A stretch of 64,000 bases of DNA from Deltaproteobacteria bacterium. GTDB lineage: Bacteria > Desulfobacterota > BSN033 > UBA1163. Both the position numbers and the translations under genes were made by a program. The notes below the pieces were generated by a model. It worked only from the letters and a program-made list of their open reading frames with translations, was not told the DNA's origin and made no database searches. Positions 29,559-38,950 of the stretch are shown here, one piece after another. Location: contig JAGVBT010000012.1 of NCBI GenBank assembly GCA_020059605.1, positions 5,431-69,430 on the forward strand, given 5' to 3'. How positions within the stretch are numbered: the first letter of the stretch is position 1; each line of letters starts with the position of its first letter.

Positions 29559-30086
29559 TTAAAATTTAAAATAATCCTTGAGCAAATCCCGCAACACGGT
29601 TTCTTCCCTGAAGACTTCCCCGATCAAGATTTCACGAATGAGGCCTTGCCGGTCGATGAGAAAATTGGTGGGAATGGCGTACACCCCGTATCTTCGAGCG
29701 AGTTTGCCGTCCGGATCTAATGGGACGGGAAAGGTGACGTCGAGCTGCGCGATAAAGGCCAGAGCCACCTGGGCACTCTGTTTGACATTGACGGCCAAAA
29801 CTAAAAAACCTTCTTTCTTCAATTTCCGATAATACTTATCAATGATAGGCATCTCATAACGACAGTAGGGACACCAATCCGCCCAAAACCTGAGCAGCAA
29901 AACTTTCCCTTTGGTGTCTTCCAATGTCCATGTGCGCCCTTCCAGGTCCCGGCAGTTGAAATCGAGAGCCACCGTTCCCAATGCTGGGAGAGAAGTCCCA
30001 ACCGTTTTTTCCTTACAGGCGAAGACCGATAAGAGGATAAAGAGGAAAACGCTTAAGAACTTTAAAAACTTGGGTTTTTCTTGCAT
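29559..30086 (-). CDS. TlpA/ResA-family thiol-disulfide oxidoreductase lipoprotein
   Basis: VFAC lipobox; FWADWCPYCRYEMP; IPTNFLID. Confidence 0.9.
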   Translation of the reverse strand: MQEKPKFLKFLSVFLFILLSVFACKEKTVGTSLPALGTVALDFNCRDLEGRTWTLEDTKGKVLLLRFWADWCPYCRYEMPIIDKYYRKLKKEGFLVLAVNVKQSAQVALAFIAQLDVTFPVPLDPDGKLARRYGVYAIPTNFLIDRQGLIREILIGEVFREETVLRDLLKDYFKF

Positions 30087-30107
30087 TTCTTTCTATGGCG
30101 CCTGCCT

Positions 30108-30203
30108 TTATCCCTTCCTTAACCCCCCTTCATCCCCCCTTATTTAAGGGGGGGAATAGGGGAGGTTGCATCCCCCTTAGTGAAGGGGGGAATATAGGGG
30201 GGT
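30108..30203. repeat. CCCCCTT..AAGGGGG palindromic repeat pair
   Basis: Two hairpins; a similar pair lies at 40980-41056. Confidence 0.7.
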
Positions 30204-31012
30204 TACCATTTTGGTTTAATGCTCTTCGGGTCGGGAGGAACCCAGTCCTCGGGAATGCAGCATCCTAAGGGCTTAAGAAGTTCTTCATATAAGACTTTCT
30301 TTCCGGTTTGCGTATCGATAAACACAGCCCAACCGCCAACGACGGAGGCTGGATGAAGAGCTTCTTCGGGGAAAAAATTAAAGGCATAAACTCGATAGTA
30401 GTCAATCGAGTTTTTCTTTTTAACCGGATAGATGAGGACACTTTCGGCCAGCAGTATGCATTTCAGTTTTTTAAAGTCTTTAATTTGTCTCTGGCCAATT
30501 TTCAGCGCTTCCTCATGGCTTACCTTAGAGGTCACTGGCGCTTGAACATGGGGGTAGAGTAAAGCCCCCATAGATTTTATTCGTCCACGGGAATCTATGG
30601 CATATCCAAGAGAGGACTCATAAATGATCACACCCTGAAAGGTCTGCCAGTAACTCACATACCAGGTATCTGATATTTTTTCGGCTCCTTTCAATCTCAA
30701 TTGGTCAGGCTCAATTTGAAGTAGAGATTTATACTTGTTGACCATCAGAGGCCCTGTATGAGTAATCTTATCTCTGGACAATTTCGAAAAATTTTTAATT
30801 TCTAAGAGATTTGACTCTATTCCCCGGATGATCACGGGAGCTTGAGTAAAAGAATCCCTTAGGACAGATAACTTTTGGCCTTTGTAGTTGACTGTTTCGT
30901 AATCCGGTCTTCCACTCCCCAAAACTGGATCTGAAAGGAGGGGCAGAAAGAGGAGAGTTGATAGGATGGCTGTAACAATCTGAGGTTTTTTGGAAATCAT
31001 TAAAACCAACAA
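30203..31012 (-). CDS. Secreted hypothetical protein resembling an FTP/PepSY peptidase propeptide
   Basis: Signal peptide; VSYWQTFQGVIIY (FTP-like), VSHEEALKI and WAVFIDTQTG (PepSY-like); no HExxH. Confidence 0.5.
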   Translation of the reverse strand: MLVLMISKKPQIVTAILSTLLFLPLLSDPVLGSGRPDYETVNYKGQKLSVLRDSFTQAPVIIRGIESNLLEIKNFSKLSRDKITHTGPLMVNKYKSLLQIEPDQLRLKGAEKISDTWYVSYWQTFQGVIIYESSLGYAIDSRGRIKSMGALLYPHVQAPVTSKVSHEEALKIGQRQIKDFKKLKCILLAESVLIYPVKKKNSIDYYRVYAFNFFPEEALHPASVVGGWAVFIDTQTGKKVLYEELLKPLGCCIPEDWVPPDPKSIKPKW

Positions 31013-31014
31013 AT

Positions 31015-31716
31015 TTAAACCTTAACACTTAAATAACGCTCCTGAATGTCCATTGCGCCTTCCAGCTCCGAAGGCGTTCCCTCGTAGACAATGGCCCCCT
31101 TTTCCATGATATAAACGCCCTCGCAAATATTCTTGATGGTCTTCAGATTTTGTTCGACCAGCAGGATGGTCGTCCCTTTTTGATTGATGATTTTCACGGT
31201 ATCCGCGATCAATTTAACCAACAACGGCATTAAGCCTTCCATGGGTTCATCCATCAGGATCAATTTGGGGTTGATGATTAAGGCTCTTCCCACCGCAAGC
31301 ATCTGCTGTTCCCCGCCCGAAAGGGTTCCGGCCTTCTGGTTTAATCGTTCTTTCAACCTTGGAAAGTATTGAAAGATTTCCTCAAGAAGGCGCTTGTCCA
31401 AGGGCCCCTCCACGATCGGGATTCTCAAGTTTTCCATGACGGTCAACTTGGGAAAGAGATGCCGCCCCTGGGGCATATAGGAGATCCCCATGCGGGGGAT
31501 TTGGTAAGGAGGCAAGTCAGAAAGGTTCGTCTCATAAAAATGGACCGATCCCTTTTTGCGAGGAACCATCCCCATGATCGATTTTAAGGTGGTGGTTTTC
31601 CCGACGCCATTTCTCCCGATCAGGCCAATCAGTTTTCCCTCGCCAACTTCCAGAGACGTATCGTAGAGAACCTGGCACTCGCCGTAACTGCAATTTAAAT
31701 TTTTCATTTTAAGCAT
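31015..31716 (-). CDS. livF: Branched-chain amino acid-type ABC ATPase
   Basis: GRNGVGKTT, AGTLSGGEQQML. Confidence 0.9.
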   Translation of the reverse strand: MLKMKNLNCSYGECQVLYDTSLEVGEGKLIGLIGRNGVGKTTTLKSIMGMVPRKKGSVHFYETNLSDLPPYQIPRMGISYMPQGRHLFPKLTVMENLRIPIVEGPLDKRLLEEIFQYFPRLKERLNQKAGTLSGGEQQMLAVGRALIINPKLILMDEPMEGLMPLLVKLIADTVKIINQKGTTILLVEQNLKTIKNICEGVYIMEKGAIVYEGTPSELEGAMDIQERYLSVKV

Positions 31717-32467
31717 CTTCGGTCCCCAGATAAACCTTCTTCACTTCTTCATTCTCCTTGATCTTGGCGGGAGGTCCCTCCGCAATAATGGACCCGTAGT
31801 GAAGCACGGAAATGGTGTCGGCAAGTTCCATCACCACTCCCATGTCATGCTCCACCAGGATAATCGTCTGCCCTGAAAGCATGGTTCTCATCTTCTTGAC
31901 CAGAGCCATGGACTCCTGGCTGTTGAGCCCCGCGGTGGGTTCGTCCAATAGAAGGAGCTTGGGCTCCGTGCTTAATGCGATCCCCATCTCGAGGATGCGT
32001 TGATCCCCGTAGGACAGTTCGGAGCAAATCAAAGAGGCTTTCTCCTTCAGCCCTGTCAGCTCCAGCATGGCTTCGGTTTTTTCCTGCACATCTCGCCATC
32101 TTCTTGCGGGGAGAAAGGGATTGAAGAATTTCTTTCGCGACTGCGCCGCTGTCCAGACATTCTCATGGACGGTCAAGCCCGGAAAGAGGCTGGTAATCTG
32201 GAGCGTCCTGGCAATTCCGATGTGAGAGATGCGATGGGGACTCAGATTGGTGATCTCCTGGCCGTTAAAAAGGATGTTTCCGCCGGATACATGAAGGATG
32301 CCGTTAATCAGGTTCAGGAGGGTGGTTTTCCCTGCTCCATTGGGTCCGATCAATGCGTGGAGTTCCCCTTTTTTCACCGAAAGGTTGACATGATTGACGG
32401 CTAATAATCCACCGAAGGATTTATTCACATTTTTAATTTCAAGGATGCCGCTGTTGGTTTCAGGCAC
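31709..32467 (-). CDS. livG: Branched-chain amino acid-type ABC ATPase
   Basis: KSFGGLLAV, GPNGAGKTT, LSYGDQR, VEHDM, VYLG. Confidence 0.9.
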   Translation of the reverse strand: MPETNSGILEIKNVNKSFGGLLAVNHVNLSVKKGELHALIGPNGAGKTTLLNLINGILHVSGGNILFNGQEITNLSPHRISHIGIARTLQITSLFPGLTVHENVWTAAQSRKKFFNPFLPARRWRDVQEKTEAMLELTGLKEKASLICSELSYGDQRILEMGIALSTEPKLLLLDEPTAGLNSQESMALVKKMRTMLSGQTIILVEHDMGVVMELADTISVLHYGSIIAEGPPAKIKENEEVKKVYLGTEDA

Positions 32468-33428
32468 TTGCTTTCCCTTTCTTCCGTCTGGATTGAATCA
32501 GCCCCACAATTCCCTTGGGAGCCAGCAAGACCATGACGACCAGGACAATTCCCACCACCAGATCCGTGGCCTGAAGAAAATTGACCAGATAATGTTCCAG
32601 GGACAGGATGATCCCCGTTCCCACGACAGGGCCGATCAATGTTCCCATGCCTCCCACAATGGTGTAAACGACCGCATGCCCTGAAACCGACCAGTGGAGA
32701 TAACCGGCCCCCGCATATTTGAGCGTGAGGCTGTAAAGACCTCCGGCCAACCCGCTTAACCCCCCGGCAATGATAAAGGCGATGAGTTTATACCGCTGGA
32801 CATGATAACCGATCAGCCGGGCCCGCTCTTCATTTTCTCTGATCGAGACGAATATTTTACCCAACGGGGACTGGACGATTCTCCTTAAGATGAGATAACA
32901 AAGGGCGACAACAGCCAGGACGAAGTAATAGTTTCCCTTGATATCCATCAGATTGATTTGAAAGAACCCCAGCCGGAATGGGCGAGGCGAAAAGGTGAGG
33001 CCATCCTTCCCGCCCGTTAAGGAGGTCCACGTGTCTCCTATGATATTTGCAATGATGGCAAAAATGATCGTAATGATCACAAAATGGATACCGGTCAGCT
33101 TGACCGAGAAGTATCCTACAAACCATGCAAAGACCATCGGGATCAGGATGCATAAAAGAAGCCCGGGTTCCGTCCCCAGGCCATATTTCCGCGTCAAGAT
33201 GGTGATGGTATATCCGCCTATGCCGAAAAAAAGCGCCTGTCCAAAGCTCAAGAGGCCCGTGTAGCCAAAAATCAAGTCAAAGGATATGGCGAACAATATC
33301 CAGACGAAGAGCTCTGTCAGAAAGGTTTGATAGTAAAGTTCGGTAAAAAAGGGCAAGATGACCAAGCCAAGGATGACGAGCCCGAAGATCAAGGTAAATC
33401 CAAACGGTTTCTCTTTCCAAGAAGACAC
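32460..33428 (-). CDS. livM: Branched-chain amino acid-type ABC permease
   Basis: GYTGLLSFGQ, IRENEERA, GGMGTLIGP. Confidence 0.9.
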   Translation of the reverse strand: MSSWKEKPFGFTLIFGLVILGLVILPFFTELYYQTFLTELFVWILFAISFDLIFGYTGLLSFGQALFFGIGGYTITILTRKYGLGTEPGLLLCILIPMVFAWFVGYFSVKLTGIHFVIITIIFAIIANIIGDTWTSLTGGKDGLTFSPRPFRLGFFQINLMDIKGNYYFVLAVVALCYLILRRIVQSPLGKIFVSIRENEERARLIGYHVQRYKLIAFIIAGGLSGLAGGLYSLTLKYAGAGYLHWSVSGHAVVYTIVGGMGTLIGPVVGTGIILSLEHYLVNFLQATDLVVGIVLVVMVLLAPKGIVGLIQSRRKKGKASA

Positions 33429-33438
33429 GATTTTACTC

Positions 33439-34290
33439 CTATTCCCCGAAGAGTCCTTGCGGTCGAACCAGCAACACGATGATCAGGATGGCCAGGGAAA
33501 ACACCATGGCCATCGAGGGGGATACAAAGATGGATCCCACTCCCTGGATGAGGGAGATCAGAACAGCGGCGACCACCGAACCTGCCAGATTTCCCATTCC
33601 GCCAACGATGACAATGATGAAGGCCATAATGAGAACCTCGCGGCCCATCATAAATTCAACTGAAACGATGGGGGCGGCCAGCACTCCGGAAAAGGCGGCC
33701 AAAGCCGACCCTACGGCAAAGGTCCACATGTAGACCTTGGTGACCGGAATTCCCAAACCCACTGCCATCTCGCGGTCCTGGACCACGGCTCTCATCCAGA
33801 GCCCATACTTTGTCTTTTTTAAGAAGATCCAGAGGCCGCTCATCAGGATAATCGAGATGAAAGCGATCATGATCCGCATCGCCGGGTATTGCAACTCGAA
33901 GATCGGGAACCGCTGGGTAATCGGCGAATCGATCCGTCTGGGAGCGCCTCCGAAGATCATGAGCACCAGCTCCTGAATAACCAGCATAATGCCGAAGGTG
34001 CAGATGATGGTGATGATCGGTTTATCCTCGATTGTCCGGATTAAGCCCCTCTCAATCATAATGCCAACGATGCCGACGAAAAGGGGAGCGATGATCAAGG
34101 CGATCCAAAAACTACCTGTGAGTTCGATAAGGTACCATGCCGCCACTGCCCCTAACATGTAGAGGGCCCCGTGGGCCATATTGATCACGTGAAGAAGGCC
34201 GAAGATCAGGTTCAGACCAAGAGCGATCAGGGCCATGATCAATCCCCAGACAATCCCATTCATCAAGGCTATAGAGATATTGGAAATCAC
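33439..34290 (-). CDS. livH: Branched-chain amino acid-type ABC permease
   Basis: ALGLNLIFG..VINMAHG, RPQGLFG. Confidence 0.9.
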   Translation of the reverse strand: MISNISIALMNGIVWGLIMALIALGLNLIFGLLHVINMAHGALYMLGAVAAWYLIELTGSFWIALIIAPLFVGIVGIMIERGLIRTIEDKPIITIICTFGIMLVIQELVLMIFGGAPRRIDSPITQRFPIFELQYPAMRIMIAFISIILMSGLWIFLKKTKYGLWMRAVVQDREMAVGLGIPVTKVYMWTFAVGSALAAFSGVLAAPIVSVEFMMGREVLIMAFIIVIVGGMGNLAGSVVAAVLISLIQGVGSIFVSPSMAMVFSLAILIIVLLVRPQGLFGE

Positions 34291-34381
34291 TGGTTCTGTC
34301 CTTTTATGAATTTAAGCCCCTCCCTCATTCTTCCATTGGAGAGAAAAGAGGGAGGGGTTTCTACACAAGAACAGCCTTCTC

Positions 34382-35698
34382 TTAAATCTTCTTTGTTAAA
34401 TCTGTTTCCGGTGGGTACATCACCTTCTCTTTGGGAACACGCTCAATGACCTTGAGCTTGAGATCGGGTTCCACCTTCGAGATATAAAAATCACTAAAAC
34501 CCTGATGATCCTGCTCCCTCATCACCAGGTCACCGATCGGACACCATGGGCCGGCTTTCAGCTTCTGGCTGCGGATGGCCCGGATCATATCCGCATTATT
34601 ATTCCTGTTTTTCCAGCCGGTCTGTTCGATGGCCAGTTTGATCTGGTAAGGATAGATCCACATGGAATACATATGAGATCCCGCAATGGTCACCTTCGGA
34701 TTTCCAATCTCCTTTCCATTCTCATCCACCCCGCAGGCTTTGCGATAGGCCATTTCGTAAGGATGAAGTTCTTTGGGGACCTGATCCAGGTGCCGGGGAT
34801 GGTATTCGATATAATAGGCTCCGATCGATTCCTTTCCCACAACCTCCTGGCCGATGCCTTCCGTGCAGCAAATGACGGTATATCTCTGAAGTCGTTTGTG
34901 AAGGCCTATTTCGACGGTCTGCCTCAGGACGCCAAGTGCGGCGGTCCCTAAGAAGGCGGTAAACAGGACTTCTGTGTCAGGATCCACTTTCTGTAAGTAG
35001 GGAATGAAATCAGCCGTGGCCGGCGGAGCGAAGATGTCCTGTGTTTTGCCGCCTGCCGCCTTGATGAGCGTTCCAAACTCCCGGGCCAGGGAATGCCCCC
35101 ATGCATAATCGGCATTCAGAAACGTCCATTTTTTCCCCAGATTGTCAAAGGCCCATTTCCAGCCGGCGAGAGCTTGAGACCTTGCATGAGAATGGTTCCG
35201 GATATAGTAGGGGATGGCATCCTTTCCGGTGAACTCATAGGTCATGGCGCCGCCGCTAAATAATGGGACTTTATACTCCTCGGCAAGAGGAAAACAGGCC
35301 TTCTGGACTCCGGAGTGAATCGACCCCATGACCATGTCGACTTTATCCTCCAGGACCATTTTCCGGAACATGCTGGCAGCCCATTTCGGGTCACACTTGG
35401 TATCATAGTCGAAAAGTTCAATTTTACGTCCCGCGATTCCTCCCTCGGCATTCATCTTGGCAACAGCCGTCTTCGCGACCTTTCCCATCCAGTATCCGTA
35501 TTCGGTTGCAAACACGCTATACTCATTGAACATTCCGATTCGAATGGGCGGTTCTGCTCCATAGGTAAAGGGAACGGTCAGCCATGAGCCAATCCCCAAT
35601 CCCGCTGCTCCCATGGCGGTGGTTTTAATAAAATCACGGCGTGAGATCTCCTTTTTCAATATTCCTTTCTCTGTTGATTTCGTTCTTTTTAGTTCCAT
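34382..35698 (-). CDS. ABC substrate-binding protein (LivK family), Tat signal
   Basis: SRRDFIK twin-arginine; NAEGGIAGRKIE, ADYAWG. Confidence 0.88.
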   Translation of the reverse strand: MELKRTKSTEKGILKKEISRRDFIKTTAMGAAGLGIGSWLTVPFTYGAEPPIRIGMFNEYSVFATEYGYWMGKVAKTAVAKMNAEGGIAGRKIELFDYDTKCDPKWAASMFRKMVLEDKVDMVMGSIHSGVQKACFPLAEEYKVPLFSGGAMTYEFTGKDAIPYYIRNHSHARSQALAGWKWAFDNLGKKWTFLNADYAWGHSLAREFGTLIKAAGGKTQDIFAPPATADFIPYLQKVDPDTEVLFTAFLGTAALGVLRQTVEIGLHKRLQRYTVICCTEGIGQEVVGKESIGAYYIEYHPRHLDQVPKELHPYEMAYRKACGVDENGKEIGNPKVTIAGSHMYSMWIYPYQIKLAIEQTGWKNRNNNADMIRAIRSQKLKAGPWCPIGDLVMREQDHQGFSDFYISKVEPDLKLKVIERVPKEKVMYPPETDLTKKI

Positions 35699-35810
35699 AA
35701 TCCCCTCCCGATTGGTTAAATGTTATAAGGTTATCATCTCCCACCTCCCAAAAACATTTCCACCCCCTTTCTCCCGTCGATCATCAGTGTGGTGTTAATG
35801 AGCTTTGTCC

Positions 35811-35877
35811 TGTCATTCCCGAGAAAGCGGGAATCCAGATTGAAAACACTGGATTCCGGATCGAGTCCGGAATGACA
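35811..35877. repeat. TGTCATTCC-type REP doublet
   Basis: TGTCATTCCCG..CGGGAATCCAG...CTGGATTCCGG..CCGGAATGACA nested palindromes. Confidence 0.75.
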
Positions 35878-35896
35878 ACAGTATGATCTCCCTTCT

Positions 35897-37210
35897 TTAA
35901 GCGATCGCCTTATCGATCAGCTCCGTGAGGTCAAAGAGTTTCATCTTACTTCCGATTCCCTGAGCCCCCTGGTTGAGGTTATAATGGCAGAAGGGGCAGA
36001 TGGAGACCATGTGGTCTGCGCCGGTTTCCATGCCCTCCTGGATTCGGAGGCCTGCATTTCTCTGGGCCCAATCGTTATACCCGGTCATGACGCCGCCGCC
36101 CCCGCCGCAGCAATAGGAATTGGACCTGATCCTCCTCATTTCCCTCAGATCGATCCCGGGGATGGCCTTCAGAAGTTCTCTCGGGATATCATAGAGGCAA
36201 TCTTTTTCATCCAAGTTGACATAGGCGCCTGCCCAGAGCTGGGTCCCTTCTTTGTCGATGATGTACTTTGTGAGATGGCGACCCGCATGGCACGGATCAT
36301 GATAGGTCACTTTCCATGGCAACGATTCAGAAAATTTCAACTGTCCCATCTGGAAGAGATCGTGTAAGAATTGGGTGATGTGGGTGACCCGAATTCCTTC
36401 CATCATCCTTCCATACTCGTCGGCCATGGGGTAATCTTTCATGAAAGCCCTGTAACAGCCGGCGCAGGATGTGACAATGGTCTTTACCCCTTTTTCCTCA
36501 TGTAGCTTTCGGAACATTTCCAGATTCGATTCGGCGATTCTCTGAAAAGCCTCCGCATCCCCCAGTCTCATCGCGGTCGATCCGCAACAGACTTCCTGTT
36601 CTCCAAGGATGCCAAAATCAAGGCCCAGTTTGTGGAAGATGGATGCTGTCGCCTGGGGAACGGTTCTGACCGGAATGTTGTAGCCTCCTGTGCACCCGAC
36701 ATAATATAAAATCGGGGCCGGCTCTTCGAGGATATTCTTGATGGGTTTGCCTTCTTTCTTGAAGGGCCGGGTCCAGTCCAATCTCACCCGGCGTGGACCC
36801 TGATAGGGATTGTCATAGCTGCTCAAGGATTGGGCAATGACTTTTTGCTTGGGCATGGGACCCACGCCGTCGGTTACGGCCTTGCGTCTCATTGCCTCGA
36901 TGATCTCCGGAATAAATGGCTTGTGATCGAGTTGGCATTGACTCTGGCATCCGCCGCATATATTGCACCGATAAATGGCATCGACCAGCGCATCATTCCA
37001 TTGCAGCTCTCCGCTCAGGATTCCCCTGGCATAGGCGATTTTGCCTTTGGAGGATAAAAATCCTTCAAACCCAAACTCCTCTCCGGCAGGGCAGATCGGA
37101 GCGCTGAAAGGAGGAGGGCCATAGTCGTAGGCCTCTTTGCAGGTTCCGCAGGCGGTGCATCTCCAGAGGATATCTTCTAATTCTTCCAGACTGGGAATGT
37201 TCCATTTCAT
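35897..37210 (-). CDS. GlcF/HdrD-like Fe-S protein (two ferredoxin-type motifs plus two CCG domains)
   Basis: CTACGTC..CP, CNICGGCQSQC, VCCG, TSCAGC, YHDPCH, YCCGGGGG, CPFC. Confidence 0.88.
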   Translation of the reverse strand: MKWNIPSLEELEDILWRCTACGTCKEAYDYGPPPFSAPICPAGEEFGFEGFLSSKGKIAYARGILSGELQWNDALVDAIYRCNICGGCQSQCQLDHKPFIPEIIEAMRRKAVTDGVGPMPKQKVIAQSLSSYDNPYQGPRRVRLDWTRPFKKEGKPIKNILEEPAPILYYVGCTGGYNIPVRTVPQATASIFHKLGLDFGILGEQEVCCGSTAMRLGDAEAFQRIAESNLEMFRKLHEEKGVKTIVTSCAGCYRAFMKDYPMADEYGRMMEGIRVTHITQFLHDLFQMGQLKFSESLPWKVTYHDPCHAGRHLTKYIIDKEGTQLWAGAYVNLDEKDCLYDIPRELLKAIPGIDLREMRRIRSNSYCCGGGGGVMTGYNDWAQRNAGLRIQEGMETGADHMVSICPFCHYNLNQGAQGIGSKMKLFDLTELIDKAIA

Positions 37211-37255
37211 GACAACCTCCTATTTTGTAAATCCGGAGCACAAAATCCAAAATTG

Positions 37256-37308
37256 TGTAACTCAAGGCTTCAGCCTTGACCAAGTCAACCCTGAAGGGTT
37301 GAGTTACA
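37256..37308. repeat. TGTAA-type REP doublet
   Basis: TGTAACTCAAGGCTTCAGCCTTGA...AACCCTGAAGGGTTGAGTTACA; relative at 62808-62859. Confidence 0.75.
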
Positions 37309-37337
37309 GCATTTCGTGCTTAAGATTTTATTTTTAA

Positions 37338-38822
37338 TCAGATACCCAGCTTCCCGGGGTTCATAATATCATTCGGATCTAAAAATTTCTTCAATCGCTT
37401 CATCAGCATGAGGTAACCAGGATGCGCCCGTTTGTTAATCTCCGCGGCGAAGTCAACAGGAGGCTTATAAGGCATGCCGCCATTGTCCAAATCCACCTTT
37501 AAGCACTCAACGATGGCTTGTCTCGCATTCTCGGTTTCTTTCGGGTTCTTTTTATTAAAAGGGGTCATCGCCCTGAGCATCCCATAATGGACACCCCGGT
37601 ACATGCTCATCCGGATGGAAGGAGAAAGATTCCGACCAATCATGATCTTCTTCCATTCCTTATAAATGGGGGCCCACCGGTTTGCAGGAGTGAAGGTGCC
37701 CGGCCAGGAGATGCCCGCTCCGCCCATCTTGCAGTAATTCTTCGTGGAGCCCACGATCTGGCTGGGCAACTGGGTCCTGGCTTTTAACGCTTCTTCCGGG
37801 TAATGGGTGACCTGGATGCTCGTTCCCTTGTTTTTCTCCTCGTTGACGACCTTTTCCCAGATCTCGGTTCGAGCTTCTTTCTCTTTTTCCGTGAAGGAAA
37901 AGGTGGTGGCATAGCTAAACCATTCCGGGGCATCCTCCGGCTTGGGTTTATACGGGTAGGGAATCGGAACCTGGGATAACCACCAGGAGACGGCTGTGAG
38001 GTCGTCACAGATTTCATAATTGCTCAGGTTGAGCATGTAGGAATACATGTCGTCCACATGGTCGCAGGAAACGGTAAAGATCTTTAAAAGGGGAGGGATG
38101 TGATGGATGGCGATTCCAAGCTTGGTCACAATACCCGTGGAGCCGAGCCATCCCTTAAACAGCCCGTCCATTTGCGGCATTGGCAAACAACTGTGCCAGG
38201 CATCCGAATTGATGGCGCAGGACCCCACCCTGACCAGTTCACCGGTCGGAAGAACCACCTCCATGCTTGTAATCTCCTGGCTGTTCAATCCATACCTTGC
38301 ATTCATGTGGCCAATTCCATGGCTGATCGCACAGGAGGAGACGGAAGAGGAAGGGGGACCCACAGGCCAACCGAACCGGAGATTGTATTTATATAAGGCG
38401 TTGGCAAGCTGACCATGGGAGACGCCGGGTTCGATCACGGCATAGAGGGCCTCGGGGTCAAGCTTTACAATTTTATTCATTTTCTTTAAATCCAGGATGA
38501 TCCCGCCACGTTCAGGAATACAGAGTCCCCCGATATTGGTCCCTGATGTATAAGGCACCACTGGAATTTTTTCCTTATTAGAAAATTTCATCAACTTTTG
38601 TATCTCTTCGACGGTGTGGGCCATGACCACATAATCAGGCAGTTTGGGTGTGACAAAAGACATATCGTAAGAATAGGCGTAAAGAATATGTTCTTCCGCT
38701 GTGGCATTTTTTTCCCCGACAATCGTTTTTAATTCCTTCAGGATTCTTTCTTTCTTGTCGGTCCTCAATGCCTTTACGACCTTTCCCCCTTTACCTTTTT
38801 TATCTTCCTTTTTAGCTGTCAA
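37338..38822 (-). CDS. FAD-linked oxidoreductase (GlcD/VAO family)
   Basis: YSYD..P.YVV, GTNIGG, LDLKKMNKI, EPGV, EVVLPTGE, GIVTK, DPNDIMNPGK. Confidence 0.88.
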   Translation of the reverse strand: MTAKKEDKKGKGGKVVKALRTDKKERILKELKTIVGEKNATAEEHILYAYSYDMSFVTPKLPDYVVMAHTVEEIQKLMKFSNKEKIPVVPYTSGTNIGGLCIPERGGIILDLKKMNKIVKLDPEALYAVIEPGVSHGQLANALYKYNLRFGWPVGPPSSSVSSCAISHGIGHMNARYGLNSQEITSMEVVLPTGELVRVGSCAINSDAWHSCLPMPQMDGLFKGWLGSTGIVTKLGIAIHHIPPLLKIFTVSCDHVDDMYSYMLNLSNYEICDDLTAVSWWLSQVPIPYPYKPKPEDAPEWFSYATTFSFTEKEKEARTEIWEKVVNEEKNKGTSIQVTHYPEEALKARTQLPSQIVGSTKNYCKMGGAGISWPGTFTPANRWAPIYKEWKKIMIGRNLSPSIRMSMYRGVHYGMLRAMTPFNKKNPKETENARQAIVECLKVDLDNGGMPYKPPVDFAAEINKRAHPGYLMLMKRLKKFLDPNDIMNPGKLGI

Positions 38823-38905
38823 TGGAGCACCTCCTTTGAGACTCCGATGAGAATCGATGGAATCTCTTCGTTAATCAAGAATGACATCCTATCAAAATCA
38901 TGGCC

Positions 38906-38935
38906 ATGATAAATATCCCTGTCCGGGAAGTCAAG
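38906..38935 (-). promoter_or_regulatory. Sigma70-like promoter for the FAD oxidoreductase operon
   Basis: Minus strand TTGACT-N17-TATCAT. Confidence 0.55.
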
Positions 38936-38950
38936 GTTTTTCGTTAGGAA

